A stretch of DNA of 64,000 nucleotides from Clostridia bacterium (GCA_050261755.1 JBLNDP010000059.1:2802-66801), one strand, 5' to 3'. Positions 11,082-19,697 are shown, counted from the first letter of the stretch. Notes: generated from the sequence alone by a model not told the origin. A program made the numbers and translations.

Positions 11082-12419
11082 CTACCGGGTGAGGCGTCCC
11101 CGCACGAGGTCGATGTGCTCCCGTAGCGCGTAAAGCTCGCCCGTATAGGCGAGCGGCACGCGCACCCGCGCCGCCTTGGCGTCCAGCCGATCGAGCGCGT
11201 GAAGCAGCGCGTCGCGGTCGGCGGCCCTGCCGGCGGCGTCCTCCTCGATCTGGCGCACCTGGCGGTACCAGCGGAAGATGCGCGAGCGCACGCGCAGCTG
11301 GTAGACCGGCGGGATGATGCGGGAGATCGGGATGAGGATCGCGATGATCGAGAAGAGCGCCACCCACATGCGGTCGATCAGGTTCGCAAGCCAGAAGGGG
11401 AGGTAGCGCTGCAGGAGCGGGGGGCCGTTCTTGTAGAAGCGCTCGGCTTCCGCCGCGATCGGGTATTCCGAGTGCTCCGGCGTCGGGAACATGCCGGCGC
11501 GCGCGATCCAGTTCGCCTTGCCGTGGATGCGCGCAGCCGCCTGCACCATGAGCTGCACGAGCGCCGGATGCGTGCCCTCGCGCGCCACGAGCGAAGTGGT
11601 CGCCGCTAGGAGCGTCAGGTCGCGCGGCGGCACGTCGCGCGAGAGGTCCGCCACGCCGCGCGGCAGCACGACGGGCGTCATGAAGCCGAAGCGCCGCGAG
11701 TAGGCCTCGGCGGACGGGAACTCGACGAGCTTGATCGACGGGGTCTGCAGCAGCATCTGCACGTACGGCGACTCGGGGGCGGCGACGAACACCACCGCGT
11801 CGAGCTCGCCGCCGAGCAGCGCCACCACCGCCGCCTGGTCGTCGAGGTTGGAGCGCTGCAGCTCGTCGCGGTCGACGAGGTTGGCGGAGAGGAGCTTGCT
11901 CATGAGGCCGGCCGAGCCGTAGCCGCGCACGCCGACGTTCACCTTCCAGCCGCGCAGCTGCGTCAGGCTGGTGACGGTGCCTTCCTTGTTCAGCTTCTTC
12001 GCCTTGTCGGCGCGGTAGAAGATCCAGACCGGCTCGTAGAAGAGCGTGCCGAGCGACACGAGCGGCAGCTCGCCTTTTTCCTCGTCCACCGTGCGAGCGG
12101 CGTCGCACGAGCCGCCGAGGACGAAGCCGAAGTCGACGTGCTCCTTGGGATTCTTGAGCAGCCGCAGGTTCTCGCACGAGCCGGCGGACGGGCGGATCTC
12201 TAGGCGGATGCCGTAGCGGCGCAGCTCCGCGGCGTACTGGTCGGCGAATTCCTTGTAGGCGCCGGAAGAGCTCACGCCGATCACGGCATGGCGCGGCGGC
12301 GCCGGCTTCAGGAAGAAGTACGCGGCGATCAGGGCCGCGATGGCGATGACGATGAACGGTCCCCAGGTCAGCCCGAGGTCGCGGATGGAGACGAGCGTCT
12401 CCCGGACTATGCGCGGCAT
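11082..12419 (-). CDS. TAXI-family TRAP-type solute-binding-like protein with N- and C-terminal transmembrane segments
   Basis: ORF 11082..12482, start set at MPRIVRE (ATG at 12419). The periplasmic-binding-like core is flanked by hydrophobic helices (FIVIAIAALIAAYFF; WVALFSIIAILIPI). Confidence 0.6.
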   Translation of the reverse strand: MPRIVRETLVSIRDLGLTWGPFIVIAIAALIAAYFFLKPAPPRHAVIGVSSSGAYKEFADQYAAELRRYGIRLEIRPSAGSCENLRLLKNPKEHVDFGFVLGGSCDAARTVDEEKGELPLVSLGTLFYEPVWIFYRADKAKKLNKEGTVTSLTQLRGWKVNVGVRGYGSAGLMSKLLSANLVDRDELQRSNLDDQAAVVALLGGELDAVVFVAAPESPYVQMLLQTPSIKLVEFPSAEAYSRRFGFMTPVVLPRGVADLSRDVPPRDLTLLAATTSLVAREGTHPALVQLMVQAAARIHGKANWIARAGMFPTPEHSEYPIAAEAERFYKNGPPLLQRYLPFWLANLIDRMWVALFSIIAILIPISRIIPPVYQLRVRSRIFRWYRQVRQIEEDAAGRAADRDALLHALDRLDAKAARVRVPLAYTGELYALREHIDLVRGRLTR

Positions 12420-12494
12420 GGCCGCTATTCTATTCGGCGCTCCCCGGCACGCAGTTCGCAGGCGGATGGGTCGATCCACCACCCCGGAGAGACC

Positions 12495-12869
12495 ATGAAA
12501 TCGCCATTCGTGACCTTCGCCCTCGCCGCGGCCCTAGCCGCCGGCAACACGTGGGCCGATTCGCCCAAGAAATCATCCGCAAGCGCCGGCTCCAGCGCGC
12601 CATCGGCCAGCGCCACGGACCAGCGCTCGGGGATCGACATCGATGCCGCCTTCAGGAAGGCCGACATCGACGGCGACAACGCCGTGAGCAAGGCCGAGGC
12701 GGCCGGCAACGAGCGCATCGTCACGGGGTTCGACCGCGCCGACCGCGACCACGACGGCAAGCTGAGCCGCGCCGAATTCGACTCGATCTACCACCCGAAG
12801 CCCAAGGCAAAGGGGAAAGCGAAGAAGGCAAAGGCTTCTACCGGGGCATCGCATCCAGCGTCCCGGTAA
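12495..12869 (+). CDS. secreted EF-hand calcium-binding protein
   Basis: Internal Met of ORF 12288..12869. Signal peptide MKSPFVTFALAAALAAG. EF-hand loops DIDGDNAVSKAE and DRDHDGKLSRAE. Lys-rich tail. Confidence 0.75.
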   Translation: MKSPFVTFALAAALAAGNTWADSPKKSSASAGSSAPSASATDQRSGIDIDAAFRKADIDGDNAVSKAEAAGNERIVTGFDRADRDHDGKLSRAEFDSIYHPKPKAKGKAKKAKASTGASHPASR

Positions 12870-12951
12870 TGGTCCGTCCGGCCCATTTCGGTGCATCGCG
12901 GGCACGCACATTGCATGGGATGCTGCGCTTCCACTGGAAAGGAGTGACTAC

Positions 12952-13359
12952 ATGAAACTGACCAAGGCAATTCTGATCGGCGCCTCCGTGGCGCTGGCGG
13001 TGGGCTCCGCCTACGCGGCGGACAACCCGAAGGACAACAAGGACCGGAGCAACGCGAGCACCACGATGGGCAAGGCGGGCACCGCCACCCGCTCGGAGGA
13101 CTCCACGTTCGCCAAGCTGGACAAGAACCACGACGGCTACATCTCGAAGGCCGAGGCGATGGCGGATCCGAAGCTGTCCAAGGACTTCAAGAGCTTCGAC
13201 CTGAACAACGACGGCAAGCTGAACCGCGCCGAGTACCTCGCGGCCGCGGCGAAAGAGGACACCGGCAGCCTGGTGGACAAGGCCGAGAACAAGATGAGCA
13301 ACAAGGACAGCAAGGCCAGCACCGGCTCGAGCAGCACGACCAAGAGCACGACCAAGTAA
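12952..13359 (+). CDS. secreted EF-hand calcium-binding protein
   Basis: Signal peptide ending AYA. Canonical EF-hand loops DKNHDGYISKAE and DLNNDGKLNRAE. Ser/Thr/Lys-rich tail. Confidence 0.8.
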   Translation: MKLTKAILIGASVALAVGSAYAADNPKDNKDRSNASTTMGKAGTATRSEDSTFAKLDKNHDGYISKAEAMADPKLSKDFKSFDLNNDGKLNRAEYLAAAAKEDTGSLVDKAENKMSNKDSKASTGSSSTTKSTTK

Positions 13360-13363
13360 AGCT

Positions 13364-14161
13364 TCAGCGATTCACCGCCGCCGCTCGAAGTTCGCGGGGC
13401 GCAAAACGGGCCTGCGGGCCCGTTTTGCTTTGGGCGTGCCGCGAGGAGATGATCGCCTTCACCGGCAGGTGATCCGACGCCGCCGCCGCGAGCGGCGAGC
13501 GGTGCGCACCGAAGGCGAGCAGCGAATGCCGGGGTCGCACCCAGACGCGGTCGAGGGCGAGCAGCGGCCAGCGCGCCGGGAAGGAGCGCTCCGCGGGCGA
13601 GTGGCCGAGGAGCGCGTGCATCCAGCGCAGCGGCCGCCCAAGGGGCAGCCACTCGTTGATGTCGCCCATCACGACGATTCTTTCGTCGAGCGGAGTGTCC
13701 TTCACCAGCCTCAGGATCTTTCGCACTTGATGGCGGCGCTCGGCCGGCGGAAGCCCGAGATGGGTGACGATCGCCCGGAGCGGCGCGCCGCCGACCTCGA
13801 GGTCCACGTCGATTGCCGTGCGGGGCTCGCGCCCCGGCAGGCCGAACTCGTGGTGGCGCACGGCGAGGACCTTGCGCCGCGTGAGGAGCGCATTGCCGAC
13901 GTGGCGGTGGTGCCAGCGGTGGTCCGGCCCGGCGATCATCTCCATCCCGAGTTGTTCCGATAGGGATTGCACGCCATAGGCTTCCTGGAGTCCCACGGTA
14001 TCGCAGCCGAGCTCCGCGATGACGGCGGCGATGCGCGCGGCATCGCGGCGCCCGTCGCCGCCCACGCAGCCGTGGACGTTATAGGAGGCGACGCGCAGGC
14101 ATTCCGGCGAGAGCTCTTCGTCGAGCGCCTGCCAGTCAGCCAGGCTGTTGGATTTCACCAA
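13364..14161 (-). CDS. endonuclease/exonuclease/phosphatase (EEP) family protein
   Basis: Motifs SYNVHG, GLQE, GDINEW and C-terminal SDHLPV. The start overlaps the upstream PLD gene by 26 nt. Confidence 0.85.
   Translation of the reverse strand: MVKSNSLADWQALDEELSPECLRVASYNVHGCVGGDGRRDAARIAAVIAELGCDTVGLQEAYGVQSLSEQLGMEMIAGPDHRWHHRHVGNALLTRRKVLAVRHHEFGLPGREPRTAIDVDLEVGGAPLRAIVTHLGLPPAERRHQVRKILRLVKDTPLDERIVVMGDINEWLPLGRPLRWMHALLGHSPAERSFPARWPLLALDRVWVRPRHSLLAFGAHRSPLAAAASDHLPVKAIISSRHAQSKTGPQARFAPRELRAAAVNR
13401..13434 (+). terminator. intrinsic terminator after the second EF-hand gene
   Basis: Perfect 12-bp stem GCAAAACGGGCC / GGCCCGTTTTGC with loop TGCG, followed by TTTGGG. Starts 42 nt after the stop at 13359. 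Confidence 0.6.
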
Positions 14162-16364
14162 TCTTGCGCGCCGCGCGGCTGAACCAGCGCTTCACCGCGT
14201 AGAGACCCGCCGCGAGCGCAAAGGCGCAGCCGCCGACCAGCCACCAGTCCACCGGCCCGCCGGTGAGCGCGGTCTCGATCTGGTCGCCGAAGATGGTCGC
14301 CGCGAGCGTGCCGGGCACCATGCCGATCGCGGTGCCCACGGCCAGGTGCCACAGCCTGAGGCGCACGGCGCCGGCGACGATGCCCTCGACCGCTAAAGGC
14401 GCGATCGGCACGAGGCGAAGCAGCGTCATGGCGACGAGGCCGTTCTTCTTCAGCACCTCGATCATGCGATCGAGCCGGGGCCCCGCGAGGCGGCGCACCG
14501 TATCGCGGCGCATGCGACGACCGGCGTAGTAGGTGGCCACGGCGGACACCACGATGCCGATTAGCGCGTACAAGAACCCGAGCCACGGGCCGAAGGCGAT
14601 GACGCCGGCGAGCGTGATGAGCGGCCGGGGAAACATGAGGAAGCAGGCGGGCGTGTACGCAAGCATGATGAGGAGCGGCGCCCAGGGGCGGCTGCCGAAC
14701 TCGCGCGCCCAGGCGATAGTCATCTCCGGCGTCACCACGTGCGCGAGCGGCGTGAAGCGCCACAGCGCGATCAGCGCGGCGACGATGCCGGCGACGATCG
14801 CGAGCTTGCCCCATGCCGCGCGCTCGGCCTCGGCCGGCGCGGAGCTGCGCCGGTCTTCCTCGAGCCAGGGCAGGGCGATCGGCTCGTCCGGGTCGGCCAC
14901 CGACGCTACGGTGAGGACCGCCTCCGGATAATCGGGCAGCGAGTCGAGGGGCCGCAGGCTGCGGTGCTCGGAGCGCAGGGCGTCGATCGCGGCGCCGAGC
15001 GAGCCGTGCTCGCGCAGCTTCCGCTGCAGCGCCTCTGTGGGGACGTCGAGGTGCTCGGCGACCAGCCGATCGCGGAAGCCGCGGATCACCTCGGCGACGC
15101 GCGGCTCGCCGCGCGACTCCACCAGCGTGTCGCACTCGGTGTCGAGGCCCATGGAGCGGTTGCACAGGTTCGCCGAGCCCACGCGCAGCAGCCGGTCGTC
15201 GACGATCATCAGCTTCGAGTGCACGTCGAGGCAGCAGCCCTCGGAGAGCCCCGGGATGTGGGGCACGTAGACGCGAAAGCGGCCGTGCCGGTCCGCGCCC
15301 TTCAGGCGCGCGATGAGGCGCGTTCGCAGCACGTGCATCGTCGCCTCCTCGAGCCAGCCGTGGCTGAGCTGGCGCAGGACGAGGACCACCTCCGGGCCGT
15401 CCGGCTCGGCGAGCCGCTCGGCGAGGGCGGCGGCGATGCGCGGCGCCGTGAAGTACTGGTTCTCGATGTAGATCGACTGCCGGGCGGAGCGGATCATGTC
15501 GAGGTAGAGCCGCTCGACTTCCTTGATGGCCGGCTCCTCGCCGCGCGCCGGCATGGTGCGCGAAAGGCCGATCTCGACGTTCGCGAGGTCGGGGACGAGG
15601 TGAGTCGGCCAGGGATCCGCCTCCGCGCGCGCGGGCGGCTCCGCCGGCGCGTGCAAGCTCGAGCCGGTCGCGACCTCCCAGCGCTCCCGGGCGAGGGCGC
15701 CCAGCGCGCGGGCCGCCGCGCCGTCGACCGCCACCATGAGGTCGTGGAACGGCGGATACGGCTTGCCGTAGGCGACGCGGCGCGGATCGTGCGGGTTATG
15801 GGCCGGGGTGTCCCAGCGGCGGACGGTCAGGTCGATGCCGCCCGCGAAGGCGAGCGCGTCGTCGATCACGACGATCTTCTGGTGCTGGCAGCCCGTGACG
15901 GGGTGCGTGTCGTCGTAGCGCAGGTGCACGCGGCGCGCGGGCGTCCAGCCAAAGCCGTAGAGCGGCGGGAATTCCCGGTCGGCGCCGAACACCATGGGGT
16001 AGTCCCAGTTCAGCACGTTGATGTGCAGGTGGCGCTTGCGGCGAACGAGCCAATTCAGGAATTCGCCCAGCTCCGCGGGCGGGCCGCCCGGCTCGACGGG
16101 GTCGAAGTGCAGGCGTGTGCGGCTGTTGAAGTCCCAGGCGAGGATGGTGATCGAATGCTCGGCGCGCAGCGCCGCCTCGTAGAAGGCCTTGAAGTAAGCC
16201 TCGGCGTCGACGAGGAGGGCGTAGCGCTGCGCCCGCGCCACGGCGCAGCAGTTCTGGCCGACCCTGAGGATGCTGCGCGCCGGCGGCGGTGCGGCGGGCG
16301 CCGGGCCGCCGCCCGGGCGATGCGCACGCGCTTCTCGCGCGCGCATGTAGACGATCCGGCCCAT
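14136..16364 (-). CDS. phospholipase D-family protein (two HKD motifs) fused to a C-terminal VTT/DedA (TVP38/TMEM64-like) membrane domain
   Basis: HKD motifs CQHQKIVVIDD and DVHSKLMIVDD...GSANL. The C-terminal ~230 aa has 5-6 hydrophobic helices of the SNARE-associated/DedA type. Confidence 0.85.
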   Translation of the reverse strand: MGRIVYMRAREARAHRPGGGPAPAAPPPARSILRVGQNCCAVARAQRYALLVDAEAYFKAFYEAALRAEHSITILAWDFNSRTRLHFDPVEPGGPPAELGEFLNWLVRRKRHLHINVLNWDYPMVFGADREFPPLYGFGWTPARRVHLRYDDTHPVTGCQHQKIVVIDDALAFAGGIDLTVRRWDTPAHNPHDPRRVAYGKPYPPFHDLMVAVDGAAARALGALARERWEVATGSSLHAPAEPPARAEADPWPTHLVPDLANVEIGLSRTMPARGEEPAIKEVERLYLDMIRSARQSIYIENQYFTAPRIAAALAERLAEPDGPEVVLVLRQLSHGWLEEATMHVLRTRLIARLKGADRHGRFRVYVPHIPGLSEGCCLDVHSKLMIVDDRLLRVGSANLCNRSMGLDTECDTLVESRGEPRVAEVIRGFRDRLVAEHLDVPTEALQRKLREHGSLGAAIDALRSEHRSLRPLDSLPDYPEAVLTVASVADPDEPIALPWLEEDRRSSAPAEAERAAWGKLAIVAGIVAALIALWRFTPLAHVVTPEMTIAWAREFGSRPWAPLLIMLAYTPACFLMFPRPLITLAGVIAFGPWLGFLYALIGIVVSAVATYYAGRRMRRDTVRRLAGPRLDRMIEVLKKNGLVAMTLLRLVPIAPLAVEGIVAGAVRLRLWHLAVGTAIGMVPGTLAATIFGDQIETALTGGPVDWWLVGGCAFALAAGLYAVKRWFSRAARKIGEIQQPG

Positions 16365-16370
16365 CGATCC

Positions 16371-17132
16371 TCAGCGACGTCCTTGCATCTGTGCTGCAGG
16401 CGAGGTGTTCACGCCCGGGGAGACGCTTCCCGGCGGCAGGACCGCGCCTGCCGTCGAAGCCGAAGGCACATTGGTCGGCGGAAGCGGCGTATCGCTGGTG
16501 TTGCCGGCGAACGGCGTGTCGCTCGTATTCCGGACGCGCGGGCTGTCGCTCGTCTGCGTCGGCGCTTGCACGGCGCCAGTCGGAGCCGTCGCGGCCGCCG
16601 CTGTCGCGCCGGTGCCCAGTTGGGTGGGCGTAACCGAGCTCGCCGGCCTAACTGTCACCTGCAGGTTGCTAGCCGTGGGGACCGAAGCAGGCGCGGAGGC
16701 GCCGGTCGAAGCGCTTCCGGCGGGCGCGTTCGGAAGCAGCGCCGCCACGGTCGAGGTGCCCGAAGGCGTCGCGAGCCGGCCGCCGAGCAGTGAGACGCCG
16801 ATCTGCTCGGGCGTCGGCGCGGCGATGCCGCGGACGATGAGCGCCTGGCGTGCCTGCTCCAATGTCTGCGCGATCTGCGTCGGCGTAAGCGCGCTGGTCG
16901 GCGTGAACGTCGCCGTCTGCTGGAAGCCGTCCGCGGTCAGGGCGACGAGCGTCACCGGGGTGCCCTGCGCGAGCCCGTTCACCAGGTTCTGGAAATTCGC
17001 CGTCGAGCCCGTGAAGTTCACGAGCTGCGGCGCGAGGGCGCTCACGATCGCCGGGATGTCCTGCGTCTGGGCGCCGGCGAGCGGGGGCATGCAGAGCGCG
17101 GCGGCGAGGGCGAGGGTTGCAAGTCGGGGCAT
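16371..17132 (-). CDS. secreted hypothetical protein with an Ala/Thr/Ser/Pro-rich C-terminal half
   Basis: ORF 16371..17162, start at MPRLATLALAAALCMPPLAGAQ (signal peptide). The tail is low-complexity and repeats NTSDTP twice. Confidence 0.6.
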   Translation of the reverse strand: MPRLATLALAAALCMPPLAGAQTQDIPAIVSALAPQLVNFTGSTANFQNLVNGLAQGTPVTLVALTADGFQQTATFTPTSALTPTQIAQTLEQARQALIVRGIAAPTPEQIGVSLLGGRLATPSGTSTVAALLPNAPAGSASTGASAPASVPTASNLQVTVRPASSVTPTQLGTGATAAAATAPTGAVQAPTQTSDSPRVRNTSDTPFAGNTSDTPLPPTNVPSASTAGAVLPPGSVSPGVNTSPAAQMQGRR

Positions 17133-17253
17133 GGCCATCTCCTTTGCCCACCTAAAGAGCAAAGCTGGTGCCCAAGATCGCCGCCCGCACTGCGGTAGTG
17201 CCGCAGCGCCGCCGAACCCTCGCTAAGTGCTTGTTTTAGCGTCCCGTGCCGGT

Positions 17254-17268
17254 TGGCACAGACGTTGC
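17254..17268 (+). promoter_or_regulatory. candidate sigma-54 (-24/-12) promoter
   Basis: TGGCAC-agacg-TTGC matches TGGCAC-N5-TTGC with correct GG/GC spacing. It is intergenic and ends 12 nt before the ATG at 17281. Confidence 0.35.
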
Positions 17269-17280
17269 GTTGCAACAGGC

Positions 17281-17427
17281 ATGAAGAACAAGACCCGCTG
17301 GATCCTCTCGGTGGCCGCCGGCGCCGCAGCCGTGCCGGCGAGCTATGCCGCGAGCCTCCTGCTTTGCGGCCCCGCCCCGCTCGTGCAGCTGACGGGCGTG
17401 GCGAGCGCGCTTACGCTGATCCCGTAG
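17281..17427 (+). CDS. small hydrophobic peptide (48 aa), hypothetical
   Basis: Internal Met of ORF 17227..17427: MKNKTRWILSVAAGAAAVPASYAASLLLCGPAPLVQLTGVASALTLIP. G/C-ending codons throughout. The stop abuts the rhomboid stop. Confidence 0.4.
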   Translation: MKNKTRWILSVAAGAAAVPASYAASLLLCGPAPLVQLTGVASALTLIP

Positions 17428-18003
17428 TCATCGCCGGCGCGAGTAGCGCCGGCGATACTCGATCATCAGCCAGCCGCCGAGCATCCCGCCGAGGTGCGCG
17501 AAGTGCGCCACCCCGGCCGCGGTCCCCGTCACGCCGAAAAAGAGCTCGACCACCGCGAACACCACGACGAAGGTGCGCGCGGACATGGGGATCGGCGGGA
17601 AGAGCAGCATCACCCTCCGCTGCGGGAAGTACCAGCCGAACGCGAGCAGCAGGCCATAGATGCCGCCCGAGGCGCCGACCATCGGCGCGGGCGGCGAGCC
17701 CATGAGCGTCGTCATGAGAAGGTGCGTGAGCCCGGCGACCACGACGCTGGCGATGTAGTAGGCGAGGTAGTAGCGCGAGCCGAAGAGCCGCTCGATGTCC
17801 GAGCCGAACATGTACAGGCCGAACATGTTGAAGAAGATGTGCGGCAGGCTGCCGTGCAGGAAGCTGTAGGTGACGAGCTGCCAGGGCTGGAAATTGCCGT
17901 CGGGCCAGAGCGCGAACCACTCCACGAGCGGCATCCCGCTCGACATCTGCGCGAGGAAGACGAGGACGTTGCCGATCAGCAGCGCCTGCGTGACCGGCGG
18001 CAC
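17428..18003 (-). CDS. rhomboid family intramembrane serine protease
   Basis: Catalytic GASGGIYG and HLGGMLGG, with six hydrophobic helices. GTG start overlaps the upstream stop by 1 nt. Confidence 0.9.
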   Translation of the reverse strand: MPPVTQALLIGNVLVFLAQMSSGMPLVEWFALWPDGNFQPWQLVTYSFLHGSLPHIFFNMFGLYMFGSDIERLFGSRYYLAYYIASVVVAGLTHLLMTTLMGSPPAPMVGASGGIYGLLLAFGWYFPQRRVMLLFPPIPMSARTFVVVFAVVELFFGVTGTAAGVAHFAHLGGMLGGWLMIEYRRRYSRRR

Positions 18004-18956
18004 TATTCGACCTTGGCGCCGGAGCTTTGCACGAGCTTGCGCCAGAAGGGCGCTTCCTGCGCCACTTCGGCATCGAACTGCTCCGGCGAGGCCGAGGGAA
18101 GGGCGTCCATGCCTTGCGCGGCGATCTTCTCGCGCACTTCCGGCTTGGAAAGTCCCTTGAGCGCGGCGGCGTGGATGCGCTTCACGATGTCGCGCGGCGT
18201 GTTCACCGGCACGTAGAGGCCGAAGGAGAACGTGAAGTTGTAGCCCGGCAGCCCGGCTTCCTCGGCGCCCGGCACGCCGGGCACGGCGGGCGAAGCCTTC
18301 GCCTGCGTGACGGCCAGCGCGCGCACGCGGCCGGCCTTCACGAAGCCCATGACCGTGGGCGGCGTGGCGAAGTTGATCTGCGTATCGCCGGCGATGAGCG
18401 ATTGCGTCGCCGGCCCGCCGCCCTTGAACTGCACCGAGGTGAATTTGACCCCGGAGACCGACTCGAAAAGCACCGAGGCGAGGTTGGGCGCGGAGCCAAA
18501 CCCGGCGGAAGCGTTGAAGAGCTTCCCCGGATTCGCCTTTGCGTAGGAAATGACGTCTTTCAGGTTGGCGAAGGAGGAATCCCTGTTCACTACGATCACG
18601 CAGGGTCCTCGCGCGACCCGGATCACGCCGGCGAAATCCTTGTCGCTGTAGCCCGGGTTCTTGTACAGCGCCATGTTCACGGCCTTGTCGGTCGCGTTCA
18701 GGATCGTGTAGCCGTCGGCCGGGGCGTGCGCCACCAGCTCCGCCGCGATGTTGCCGCCCGCGCCGGGCTTGTTTTCCACCACCACCGTGGCGCCGAGCTC
18801 CTTGGTGAGCTCGTCCGCTGCGACGCGCGACAGGAAGTCGGCCGAGCCGCCCGGCGGGTAGCCGGTGAGCAGGCGGATCGGCTTGCTGGGATAGGGTTGG
18901 CCGGCGGCGGGGAGGGCTGCCAGCAGCGCGGCGGCGAACAGGAGGGCGCGGCTCAT
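18003..18956 (-). CDS. Bug/TctC family tripartite tricarboxylate transporter substrate-binding protein (orphan)
   Basis: Internal Met of ORF 18003..19670. Signal peptide, then YPSKPIRLLTGYPPGGSADFLSRV...VVVENKPGAGGNIAAE. Confidence 0.85.
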   Translation of the reverse strand: MSRALLFAAALLAALPAAGQPYPSKPIRLLTGYPPGGSADFLSRVAADELTKELGATVVVENKPGAGGNIAAELVAHAPADGYTILNATDKAVNMALYKNPGYSDKDFAGVIRVARGPCVIVVNRDSSFANLKDVISYAKANPGKLFNASAGFGSAPNLASVLFESVSGVKFTSVQFKGGGPATQSLIAGDTQINFATPPTVMGFVKAGRVRALAVTQAKASPAVPGVPGAEEAGLPGYNFTFSFGLYVPVNTPRDIVKRIHAAALKGLSKPEVREKIAAQGMDALPSASPEQFDAEVAQEAPFWRKLVQSSGAKVE

Positions 18957-18976
18957 GCGCAGATCGTAGCCGAAGG

Positions 18977-19345
18977 TCACAGGATCATCTGTGTCTGGAT
19001 CGTGAGCGACAGCAGCTTGCCCTTGTCGTCGGTGACGCGCGTCTGCCAGACGTGCGTGCGGCGTCCCTTGTGAAGCGCCGTGGCCTCGGCGCGCACCTTG
19101 CCGGCCATCGCCGCGGCGAAGAAGTTGGTCTTCGACTCGGCCGTGGCCGTCTTGGCGCCGGTCGCGAGCGTGCCGACGGCGCCGACCGTATCGGCAAGCG
19201 CCATCAGCGTGCCGCCGTGGATGGCGCCGCCGAGCGTGCAGACCTCGGGCCGGATTTCGAGCTCGGCCACCACCCGGTCGGGCGTGGTCTCCAGGAAGCG
19301 GATGCCGAGGTGCTTGACGAGTCCCTGGTTCAGGTCGTATTCCAT
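18977..19345 (-). CDS. PaaI-family hotdog thioesterase
   Basis: Start at MEYDLNQGLVKHLGIRF. Motif GGAIHGGTLMALADTVG. Confidence 0.8.
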   Translation of the reverse strand: MEYDLNQGLVKHLGIRFLETTPDRVVAELEIRPEVCTLGGAIHGGTLMALADTVGAVGTLATGAKTATAESKTNFFAAAMAGKVRAEATALHKGRRTHVWQTRVTDDKGKLLSLTIQTQMIL

Positions 19346-19400
19346 GCGTAGTCCTTGTCGGCCGTGGCGCGTTATTGAAGCATGGAGGCCGGGTACTGAC

Positions 19401-19697
19401 ATGAAGCTTTCGCGATCTCGCGTCCTGCTCTTCCTCTGTGTAGCCGCCTCGGCCACGGCGGCCGCCCAATCCATCCCCGAAGGGGGCAGCTACGGCCGCG
19501 ACCGCCAGCTCGATCGCCCCTCGCGCCCGGAGCGCGCCGATCGCTCCGCCAAGGCGCGCGAGCGCTGCAAGGCGGACCGCGGCGTGGACTGCGACTCGGC
19601 GAAGGGCCTGCAGGAGTGGGAGCTTCTCGAGCGCTCGCGGCAGGAAGCGCTGCGTGCCGGCTCGCGCCACCTCGCGCCGGCGCGGCGGACCCCATAA
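19401..19697 (+). CDS. small secreted protein with a conserved Cys motif (paralogue of 27411..27773)
   Basis: Internal Met of ORF 19080..19697. Signal peptide MKLSRSRVLLFLCVAASATAAAQ. Motif RERCKADRGVDCDSAKGLQEWELLERSRQEAL is shared with the 27.4 kb paralogue. Confidence 0.65.
   Translation: MKLSRSRVLLFLCVAASATAAAQSIPEGGSYGRDRQLDRPSRPERADRSAKARERCKADRGVDCDSAKGLQEWELLERSRQEALRAGSRHLAPARRTP

Noticed and set aside
13364-13440. The terminator hairpin of the EF-hand gene lies inside the 3' tail of the convergent EEP ORF, which raised doubt about the EEP call.
   Set aside because: The EEP catalytic motifs end at SDHLPV, well upstream. The last ~25 codons are simply read through the hairpin region before the first stop. 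The gene call stands.
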